A DNA stretch of 64,000 nt from Pseudomonadota bacterium (GCA_040387435.1 JAZKDR010000019.1:331-64330), one strand, 5' to 3'; counted from the stretch's first letter, positions 56,388 to 64,000 are shown. Translations and numbers: made by a program. Notes: generated by a model from the letters alone, not told the origin.

Positions 56388-56443
56388 CAAGAGCAATTTC
56401 CGACTTGCACCGTTGCGGTGCAGGTTGAACGCTTCTACCCTTG
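56388..56443 (-). promoter_or_regulatory. Structured leader copy 2, candidate NMT1-motif (xanthine/urate) riboswitch
   Basis: RNA sense: CAAGGG-UAGAAGCGUUCA-ACCUGCACCG(caa)CGGUGCAAGU-CGGAAAUUG-CUCUUG, followed by AUUUCCACUCAAGGAGCGCUUCAUG. Confidence 0.6.
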
Positions 56444-56456
56444 TCCATGGATCAGC

Positions 56457-56473
56457 AGCAAATTTCGCGCCAA
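56457..56473 (-). promoter_or_regulatory. sigma54 (-24/-12) promoter reading into leader copy 2 and the 2OG oxygenase
   Basis: Minus strand TTGGCGC-gaaat-TTGCT has GG-N10-GC spacing. The predicted start site falls at about 56446, just before the first helix of the leader (56443). Confidence 0.65.
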
Positions 56474-56577
56474 TTTGGCCACCAGTCCAACATGGAACAC
56501 CCACGCATCCCGACATTCGACATATGTATTTAGGCAATTTCCCTAGAAGCACCTCGACCATCGTGCGGCAGCAGGAA

Positions 56578-56594
56578 TTGGCACGCGAAATGCA
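56578..56594 (+). promoter_or_regulatory. sigma54 (-24/-12) promoter reading into leader copy 3 and the SBP-deaminase operon
   Basis: TTGGCAC-gcgaa-ATGCA has GG-N10-GC spacing. The predicted start site at about 56604 coincides with the first helix of the leader (56605). Confidence 0.6.
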
Positions 56595-56604
56595 TCACCT
56601 GTCG

Positions 56605-56663
56605 CAAGAGTAGAAGCGTTCAGCCCCCATGCACCAGCCTGGGTCGCCCGGAAATTGCTCTTG
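56605..56663 (+). promoter_or_regulatory. Structured leader copy 3, candidate NMT1-motif (xanthine/urate) riboswitch
   Basis: CAAGAG-UAGAAGCGUUCA-GC.CCCA(ugcaccagcc)UGGG..GC-CCGGAAAUUG-CUCUUG. The second helix is interrupted by a small internal loop. The SBP start codon lies 75 nt downstream. Confidence 0.55.
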
Positions 56664-56737
56664 AACCCGTCCTGCCTGTAGACGTTGCAACGCACGTTCA
56701 CTGGCCGGTGTTTTCAAGTGTTCTTACCGGAGTCGAC

Positions 56738-57775
56738 ATGAACCGTCTTCTTAAACGGCGAGTATTCCTCGCATCCCTCGCTTCCGCCTCCACCCTCGCC
56801 GCACCTGCCGTCTGGAGCCAGTCCACCCGCCTGACACCCGTCAAATTCACGCTGGACTTTCGCGTGACCGGCCAGACATCACCTTTCTTTCTCGCGCAAA
56901 GCAGGGGTTACTACAAGGACGAAGGCCTGGACGTCACCATTGATGTGGGTGCAGGCTCTGTCACCTCCATCACCCGCATTGCCAGCGGTGTCTACCAGAT
57001 GGGTCTGGGCGACATCAGCTCGCTCGTCGAGTTCAATGCACAGAACCCGGGGACACCCTTGGTGCAGGCGGTGTACCAGTACTACAACCGCGCACCCTTT
57101 GTCATCATCGGCCGCAAGGACCGCGGCATCACCAGCGATTTCCGTAGCCTGGAAGGCAAAAAGATTGCAGCCGCAGCGGTTGAATCGACACGCAGAAGCT
57201 GGCCGATGGTGGCACGCAAGCTGCGTCTGAAACCAGATCTTTTCGCCTGGTCTACCACCGATTTCAGCGCGCGTGACAACGTGGTGGTGCGCGGCGATGT
57301 TGATGGTGCAACTTACTTCCATGACTCCGCCGTCTCGCTCTTTGCGCGCATGAAGCAGGACGACCTCGCTGTGCTGCAGTACTCCGATGCAGGTGTCAAC
57401 CTCTATGGCAATGCAATTCTTGCCAGCAGCAACCTGATCGCGCAGAACCCCAAGGTCGTCGCGGCCTTCCTGCGGGCCACCAACCGCGCCATCGTCGAAA
57501 CATTTGCCAACCCTGCAGCGGCCATTGCGGCCACCCGCCAGCGCGAGCCCATCCTAGACGAAAAGGTGGAGCTGGAACGCTGGCGCGTGACGTCCCAGTA
57601 CGTAGGCGCAGCCGACACGCGCGGACATGGAATCGGCGACGTCCGCAAACTTCTCATCGAGCAGCAGGTCGACGAGGTGGTGGATGTGTATGGCCTGAAG
57701 ACGCGTCCCAGCGCAGATGGCCTCTTCAACCTGTCCATGCTGCCGGCAAAAGCAGACCGCATGCTGAAGGCCTGA
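56738..57775 (+). CDS. NMT1/THI5-like (NitT/TauT family) substrate-binding protein, orphan (no adjacent permease or ATPase)
   Basis: ATG at 56738 sits 5 nt after GGAG. MNRLLKRRVFLASLASASTLAAPAVWSQ is a signal peptide, possibly Tat-type (RR). Then VKFTLDFRVTGQTSPFFLAQSRGYYKDEGLD. Confidence 0.82.
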   Translation: MNRLLKRRVFLASLASASTLAAPAVWSQSTRLTPVKFTLDFRVTGQTSPFFLAQSRGYYKDEGLDVTIDVGAGSVTSITRIASGVYQMGLGDISSLVEFNAQNPGTPLVQAVYQYYNRAPFVIIGRKDRGITSDFRSLEGKKIAAAAVESTRRSWPMVARKLRLKPDLFAWSTTDFSARDNVVVRGDVDGATYFHDSAVSLFARMKQDDLAVLQYSDAGVNLYGNAILASSNLIAQNPKVVAAFLRATNRAIVETFANPAAAIAATRQREPILDEKVELERWRVTSQYVGAADTRGHGIGDVRKLLIEQQVDEVVDVYGLKTRPSADGLFNLSMLPAKADRMLKA

Positions 57776-57777
57776 GC

Positions 57778-58272
57778 ATGGACAGCACGACACAGCTCAA
57801 TGCGCGCGATGCCGGCTATATGGCCCAGGCCATTGCCTGGTCCCGTACGGCACGGGAACGCGGCAACCGGCCGTTTGGTGCCGTCATCGTTTCAGCCGAA
57901 GGCCAGCTCCTCACGGAGGCCTACGCCAACTCGGTCGAAACCGGCGACTGCACGGGCCATGCAGAGACCAATGCCGTACGGCAGGCCTCCAGCACGATAG
58001 GCCGGCAAACACTGCAGGCGGCGACGCTGTATTCATCGGCCGAGCCCTGCGTGATGTGCGCCGGTGCCATCTTCTGGTCGGGCATAGGCCGTGTGGTGTT
58101 CGGCATCGATGCAGTCAGCCTGCGTGTATTTCGCGGTGAGCCTGCCGAGCAGCGCGACGTTGAACTGTCATGCCGCGACGTGTTTGCCGCCTCACCACAC
58201 GCAATTGAATGCATAGGGCCGGTAATGGTGGCCGAGGCCAGCGAGCCGCACCTGGGCTTCTGGAAGAGCTGA
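57778..58272 (+). CDS. CDA-fold (CMP/dCMP-type zinc) nucleobase deaminase, small guanine-deaminase-like
   Basis: 164 aa with PFGAVIV, HAETNAV and EPCVMCAGAI zinc motifs. Its size and motifs resemble the small Bacillus-type guanine deaminase. It starts 3 nt after the SBP stop. Confidence 0.75.
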   Translation: MDSTTQLNARDAGYMAQAIAWSRTARERGNRPFGAVIVSAEGQLLTEAYANSVETGDCTGHAETNAVRQASSTIGRQTLQAATLYSSAEPCVMCAGAIFWSGIGRVVFGIDAVSLRVFRGEPAEQRDVELSCRDVFAASPHAIECIGPVMVAEASEPHLGFWKS

Positions 58273-58308
58273 TCACTGCCGGGCACGCGCGCCGCTTAAA
58301 CTGCCTGC

Positions 58309-59139
58309 ATGCCTTGGCACGCACAACTTGACCTTGACTACCGCATGGAAGCGGGCCGCAGCGTGGCCCGTCACAGCCACAATGGCCCCCTGCGCATACT
58401 GCAAAGCCTCTACCCCGAAGGTGACGCCATCTGCCACAACGTGTTGGTGCACCCGCCCGGAGGCTTGGTGGGCGGCGATACGCTGGACATCGGTGTGCGC
58501 GTGGGGAAAGACGCGCACGGCCTGCTCACCACGCCCGGGGCAGCGCGGTTTTACAGGTCAGACGGCGAACTGGCGCTACAGAGAACAGCCATCACCCTGG
58601 ATGCCGGCGCCCGGCTGGAATGGTTGCCGCTGGAGGCACTGTGTTACAGCAACTGCCTGGCCGAAAACCGGCTGAGCATGACGCTGGCACCGGGCGCGGA
58701 ATTGCTCGGCTGGGATGTCACGGCATTGGGTTTGCCGGCCGCCGATAAACCGTTCGACGCTGGCGTCTTCTCCCAGCACATCGAGGTACCCGGCCTGTGG
58801 CTGGAGCGCGCGCACATCAGGGCCACTGACGGGCTGTTGATGAACGGCCCGCTGGGTTTGGCCGGCCACCGTTGCGTGGCCACCCTGTTCTTCGTCAGCG
58901 GGACAAAGCTGGACCGCCAGCGCCGCCAGTCGGCACTCGACATTGCCCGGGGCGTGATTGAGGCCCATCCCCTGCGCGTAACCGCCGGGGCCACCAGCCC
59001 GGAAGGTCAGGTCGTCCTGGTACGTGCGCTGGCACCTGTGGTTGAACCGGCAATGGGCCTGTTGCGTGACATATGGCAGGCCTGGCGCACCGAACTCTGG
59101 GCGCTACCGCCCTCCAGCCCGCGCATCTGGTCAACCTAG
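58309..59139 (+). CDS. ureD: Urease accessory protein UreD
   Basis: 276 aa with LVHPPGGLVGGD, a TTPGAARFYRS region and a C-terminal PRIWST, typical of UreD. No ureABC/EFG genes follow. Confidence 0.88.
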   Translation: MPWHAQLDLDYRMEAGRSVARHSHNGPLRILQSLYPEGDAICHNVLVHPPGGLVGGDTLDIGVRVGKDAHGLLTTPGAARFYRSDGELALQRTAITLDAGARLEWLPLEALCYSNCLAENRLSMTLAPGAELLGWDVTALGLPAADKPFDAGVFSQHIEVPGLWLERAHIRATDGLLMNGPLGLAGHRCVATLFFVSGTKLDRQRRQSALDIARGVIEAHPLRVTAGATSPEGQVVLVRALAPVVEPAMGLLRDIWQAWRTELWALPPSSPRIWST

Positions 59140-59306
59140 GGCAACAAAACGTAAGGTGCTTTGTAAAGCGCAGGCGTTCAGCGGTTTCCTACAAGCACAC
59201 GGGCGCGCACAACCCCTGTGACCGTCTCTTTGGCTGTCACGTACCAAAAACCCGCCGACCTACATTGCATTCACAGGTCCACAAAGGACGAACCAAGGAG
59301 TTTCAA

Positions 59307-59795
59307 ATGAATGCAGGCAAACAGTTCAAGTTCAACAGCATCGCAAAGGGCGCTGCAGGGTTTGTTTTCACCGCCATGCTGGCCATGACCGCTGCCACCG
59401 CGCAAGTCGCCTCTGGCACCACCGGTATCGATGCCACCGGCAATGCGCAAAGCGAAGCGGCTGCTTGTAACTCGGGCCGCACCCAGCAGGATCGAGATAC
59501 GTGCTTGCGCGAAGTGCGCAATGCCAATGCAGAAAAACGTGCCGGCAAGCTTGACAATGCAGGCGCGCAGTTCAACGCCAATGCCGTGCAGCGTTGCAAT
59601 GCGCTGACGGGTGAAGACAAGATTGCCTGTGAAGCCCGCATCGTGGGCTATGGCAACACCCAGGGAAGTGTCGCCGGCGGCGGTGTGATCCGCGAAGTCG
59701 AGACAGTGGTCATGCCCAAGGACGCGACCAATGTGGTGATCAAGCCGCAGACCGCGACCGATGCAATTATTGTGATTCCTGCTAAAGAGCAGTGA
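59307..59795 (+). CDS. Hypothetical secreted Cys-containing protein
   Basis: ATG at 59307 sits 7 nt after AAGGAG, followed by a signal peptide (AAGFVFTAMLAMTAATAQV). Four Cys residues. I recognise no family. Confidence 0.6.
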   Translation: MNAGKQFKFNSIAKGAAGFVFTAMLAMTAATAQVASGTTGIDATGNAQSEAAACNSGRTQQDRDTCLREVRNANAEKRAGKLDNAGAQFNANAVQRCNALTGEDKIACEARIVGYGNTQGSVAGGGVIREVETVVMPKDATNVVIKPQTATDAIIVIPAKEQ

Positions 59796-59863
59796 TCATG
59801 CCGTCTGCTTAAAACCCCGCTTGCTGGCGTGATGAACGCTACAGATGGGGCTATGCAGTGAAG

Positions 59864-59891
59864 CCGCCAGGACCATCCTGGCGGTTTTTTT
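59864..59891 (+). terminator. Rho-independent terminator
   Basis: ccgccagga-cca-tcctggcgg followed by ttttttt. Confidence 0.8.
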
Positions 59892-60019
59892 ATGTGAATT
59901 TGGCTCCCCCTGTCCAGGCTCACTTCGTGTAGCCTGTTCTCCCCTCAGGGGACGGCTCCTGTGCCCCGGCGGAGCCGGTTGCACGGTGCCACTTGCAATT
60001 CGGGGACGGGTACGCCGGT

Positions 60020-60712
60020 TTAGATGGCTACCAGTTGGCGCACGCCGTTGGCTTCCATGTCTTTGCCCTGGCCGCGAGCGATGAATTCACCGCGTTCCAT
60101 GACGAGGTAATCGTCAGCCAGTTCCTGTGCGAAGTCGTAGTACTGCTCTACCAGCAGGATGGCCATGTCACCGCGGTCGGCGAGCATGCGGATGACGCGG
60201 CCTATGTCCTTGATGATGCTGGGCTGTATGCCCTCGGTGGGTTCGTCAAGGATCAGTAGTTTGGGTTTGGCGGCCAATGCACGCGCAATTGCCAGCTGTT
60301 GTTGCTGGCCGCCTGACAAGTCGCCGCCGCGCCGATTCAGCATCTGCTTGAGTACGGGGAACAACTCATAGAGCTCAGCAGGGATCGGTGTACTGGCACT
60401 TTTGTAAGCCAGCCCCATGCGGAGGTTTTCCTCGACGGTCAGGCGCGCAAAAATTTCCCTGCCTTGCGGCACGAATCCTATGCCCGCACGCGCACGTTCG
60501 TAAGGGGTTGCCCCCTGAATCTGCTTGCCGTCGAACTCGATGCTGCCTGTCTTGATGGGTACCAGCCCCATCAGGGACTTGAGCAGGGTAGTCTTGCCAA
60601 CGCCGTTTCGGCCCAGCAAAACCGTGACCTTGCCCAGTTGTGACGACATGCTCACATCCCGCAGTATGTGCGAGCCGCCGTAGTACTGGTTGACGTTTTT
60701 GACGTGCAGCAT
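60020..60712 (-). CDS. urtE: Urea ABC transporter ATP-binding subunit UrtE
   Basis: 230 aa with LGRNGVGKTT, LSGGQQQQLAIARAL and a LivF-like fold. It is last in the urtBCDE order. Confidence 0.9.
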   Translation of the reverse strand: MLHVKNVNQYYGGSHILRDVSMSSQLGKVTVLLGRNGVGKTTLLKSLMGLVPIKTGSIEFDGKQIQGATPYERARAGIGFVPQGREIFARLTVEENLRMGLAYKSASTPIPAELYELFPVLKQMLNRRGGDLSGGQQQQLAIARALAAKPKLLILDEPTEGIQPSIIKDIGRVIRMLADRGDMAILLVEQYYDFAQELADDYLVMERGEFIARGQGKDMEANGVRQLVAI

Positions 60713-60721
60713 GTTTGCTCC

Positions 60722-61599
<878 letters not shown>

Positions 61600-61603
<4 letters not shown>

Positions 61604-62721
61604 TCTGAACCTCCCTTGCGCAGCTTCTTCACCAGCCCAACGACACCGTTCGGCAGGAAAAGCGTGACACAGATAAACAGCGCACCCAGGAAGTACAACC
61701 AGAACTCGGGGTAAGCCACGGTCAGCCAGCTCTTGGCCCCGTTGACGATGAAGGCGCCGACGATGGGGCCAACAAGGCTGGCACGGCCGCCGACGGCCGC
61801 CCATATCGCAATTTCAATGGAGTTGGCCGGACTCATTTCACCCGGGTTGATGATGCCGACTTGCGGCACATACAGCGCACCGGCCACACCGCACATGATG
61901 GCGGAAATCACCCAGATGGTGAGCTTGTAGCCGAGGGGGTTGTAGCCCGAAAACATGACCCGTGTTTCCGCATCACGAATGGCTTGCAGTACCCGGCCGA
62001 ACTTGCTGCCCACCAGCCATTTGGCAAACAGGAAGAATCCCAGCAGGGTCAGCCCCGTCATGACAAACAGCGTCATGCGCATGGACGGCGTGGCCACGGG
62101 AATGTTCAGGATGCGCTTGAAATCGGTAAAACCGTTGTTGCCGCCGAAGCCGGTTTCGTTGCGGAAGAAAAGAAGCATCGCCGCAAAGGTCATGGCCTGC
62201 GTGATGATGGAGAAATACACACCCTTGATGCGCGAGCGGAAGGCGAAGTAGCCGAAGACAAAAGCCACGATGCCGGGCACCAGAACGATCAGAAGGAGCG
62301 TGGCAATAAAACTGTCGCTGAAGGTCCAGTGCCAGGGCAATGTCTTCCAGTCGAGAAAAACCATGAAATCCGGCAGGTCGCTTTTGTAATTGCCGTCGCG
62401 CCCAATCTGGCGCATCAGGTACATGCCCATCACATAGCCACCCAGCGCAAAAAACACGCCATGGCCCAGCGACAAAATGCCCGTGTAGCCCCAGATCAGG
62501 TCCATGGCCAGCGCGCAGATGGCGTAGCACATGATCTTGCCGAGCAGCGCCACCGCATAGGTGCTCATGTGAAACATGCTGGTCTCGGGCACCCAGAGGT
62601 TGAGCACCGGCGCCACCGCGCAGACCACGATGAGCGCCACCATGAAAGCACTCCACCCGCCGCGCGTCAGCAGCGGGCCTTTGGCGGGTAAAACGACAGG
62701 AGAAGTATTCAAGGCGCTCAT
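61600..62721 (-). CDS. urtC: Urea ABC transporter permease UrtC
   Basis: 373 aa, polytopic, LivM-like. Overlaps urtB by 4 nt. Confidence 0.9.
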
Positions 62722-64000
62722 GCTTCTGCGCTCCGGCCCTTCATCGCGAAAATGCCCTGCGGCCGCTTCTGGATGAACATGATGATGAGCACCAGCACCG
62801 CAATCTTGGCCAGCACGGCGCCGGTCCAGCCTTCGAGGAATTTATTCAGGATGCCCAGGCCCATGGCTGCGTACACGGTGCCCGCAAGCTGGCCCACACC
62901 GCCCAGCACCACGACCATGAAGGAGTCCACGATGTAACCCTGCCCCAGGTCTGGCCCCACATTGCCGACCTGGCTCAGCGCGCATCCCGCGAGACCCGCA
63001 ATGCCTGAGCCCAGCGCGAAGGCGTAGGTGTCTATACGCGCCGTGTTTACACCCATGCAGGATGCGATGGGCCGGTTCTGCGTGACGCCGCGCACGAACA
63101 AACCGAGGCGTGTCTTGCTGATCAGCCAGGCCATGCCCAGCAGCACCGCAATCGCAAAGCCGATGATGACCAGCCGGTTATAGGGCAACGACAGATTCCC
63201 CAATACCTGCACACCGCCGCTCATCCACACCGGGTTTTCAACGCCCACGTTCTGGGCGCCGAAGATGGAACGCACGAGTTGTTGAAGCATCAGGCTGATG
63301 CCCCATGTCGCCAGCAGGGTTTCGAGCGGACGGCCGTACAGGAAGCGGATAACGCTGCGTTCCAGCGCCGCACCCATGAGCGCCGACGCCATGAAGGCCA
63401 CCGGCACCGCCGCCAGCAGATACCAGTCGAACGCGCCGGGCAGGTATTTCTGGAACAACCCCTGCACGACATAAGTCGCGTAGGCGCCAATCATCATCAG
63501 CTCGCCGTGCGCCATGTTGATCACACCCATCAGACCGTAGGTGATCGCCAGGCCCAGCGCCACCAGCAGCAGGATGCTGCCCAGGCTGATGCCGCTGAAA
63601 ATCGCGCCCAGCCGGTTGCCCCATTCCAGCGAGGCTTCGACCCTGGTCAGTGCAGCTTGCAGGGCCACCTTCACATCGGCATCGGTTTCCTTGCCAATAC
63701 GTTCAATCAGCACGGTCTTGGTTGCGGGGTTCCTGCTGTTGGCCAGCTGCGCAGCGGCTTCAAGCCGTTTGGCCCTGTCCGGGCTGCTCAGGAAGATTGC
63801 GGCCCGTACCAGCTCCAGCTGGCTCTTCAGCGCGGGGACCGTTTCGGCGGCATAGGCTTTTTCGATCAGTGGCAGACGCGCTTCGTCGTTCTCGTCAGCC
63901 AGCGTCTTGATGGCATCACGGCGGACTTTTTCTTCCTTGCTGAAGAGCTTGAGGGCGGCCAGTGCGGTATCGAGTTCGCCGCGCATCATGTTGGGGTTGA
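62718..64000 (-). CDS. urtB: Urea ABC transporter permease UrtB with long N-terminal soluble extension (5' end probably beyond the window)
   Basis: The LivH-like polytopic C-terminal ~300 aa is preceded by a helical-repeat region (RRDAIKTLADENDEARLPLIEKAYAAE...). The frame stays open to position 64000. Confidence 0.85.
   Translation of the reverse strand, partial: NPNMMRGELDTALAALKLFSKEEKVRRDAIKTLADENDEARLPLIEKAYAAETVPALKSQLELVRAAIFLSSPDRAKRLEAAAQLANSRNPATKTVLIERIGKETDADVKVALQAALTRVEASLEWGNRLGAIFSGISLGSILLLVALGLAITYGLMGVINMAHGELMMIGAYATYVVQGLFQKYLPGAFDWYLLAAVPVAFMASALMGAALERSVIRFLYGRPLETLLATWGISLMLQQLVRSIFGAQNVGVENPVWMSGGVQVLGNLSLPYNRLVIIGFAIAVLLGMAWLISKTRLGLFVRGVTQNRPIASCMGVNTARIDTYAFALGSGIAGLAGCALSQVGNVGPDLGQGYIVDSFMVVVLGGVGQLAGTVYAAMGLGILNKFLEGWTGAVLAKIAVLVLIIMFIQKRPQGIFAMKGRSAEA

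Noticed and set aside
55215-56663. Alternative reading of the three conserved leader motifs as a DNA operator, or of CCGGAAATTGC as a sigma54 element.
   Set aside because: The GG-to-GC spacing within the motif is 9 nt (copy 1) or 5 nt rather than 10. The conserved blocks are separated by variable but internally complementary sequence. All copies are oriented with transcription. These points favour an RNA element, though a dual role for the copy-2 palindrome is kept as a separate low-confidence finding.

Overview
High-GC (visibly about 60-65%) chromosomal segment. It is probably from a betaproteobacterium of the Burkholderiales/Comamonadaceae type; this is an inference from three Bug/TctC-family solute-binding proteins, a urtBCDE operon and overall gene content. 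The backbone is a large purine-salvage and purine-to-urea catabolic region. It holds amidohydrolase-type guanine deaminase, adenine/adenosine deaminase, a BMP-family nucleoside ABC importer, xdhAB, a displaced xdhC, membrane cytochrome-c urate hydroxylase puuD, uraH, allantoinase puuE, a fused OHCU-decarboxylase/allantoate-amidohydrolase gene, an M20 peptidase, an NMT1-type ABC importer, ureD and urea transporter urtBCDE. Accessory blocks are interleaved: two aromatic-type catabolic clusters, MFS/NRAMP/SMR transporters, glycerate kinase, queD/queE, dcd and pcp. I found no tRNA, rRNA, CRISPR array, transposase or integrase. The most interesting signal is at 54.1-58.3 kb. Three copies of one structured 5' leader have invariant internal-loop sequences (UAGAAGCGUUCA ... 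CGGAAAUUG) flanked by co-varying helices. This matches my recollection of the NMT1-motif xanthine/urate riboswitch. The copies sit in front of a Rieske oxygenase, a 2OG-Fe(II) oxygenase and an orphan NMT1-type binding protein + CDA-fold deaminase operon. Two of them lie directly downstream of back-to-back sigma54 (-24/-12) promoters. I propose this as an uncharacterised, nitrogen- and xanthine-controlled purine oxidation/modification module. Other notable structure includes a 509-bp giant imperfect palindrome (28714-29222) and a ~147-bp intergenic repeat family ending in a TGTAAAG-N4-CTTTACA palindrome (three full copies and one partial). An AT-richer orphan gene sits where xdhC normally lies. 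Most long antisense ORFs in the six-frame track are high-GC artefacts, and several listed ORFs carry spurious N-terminal extensions that I trimmed.
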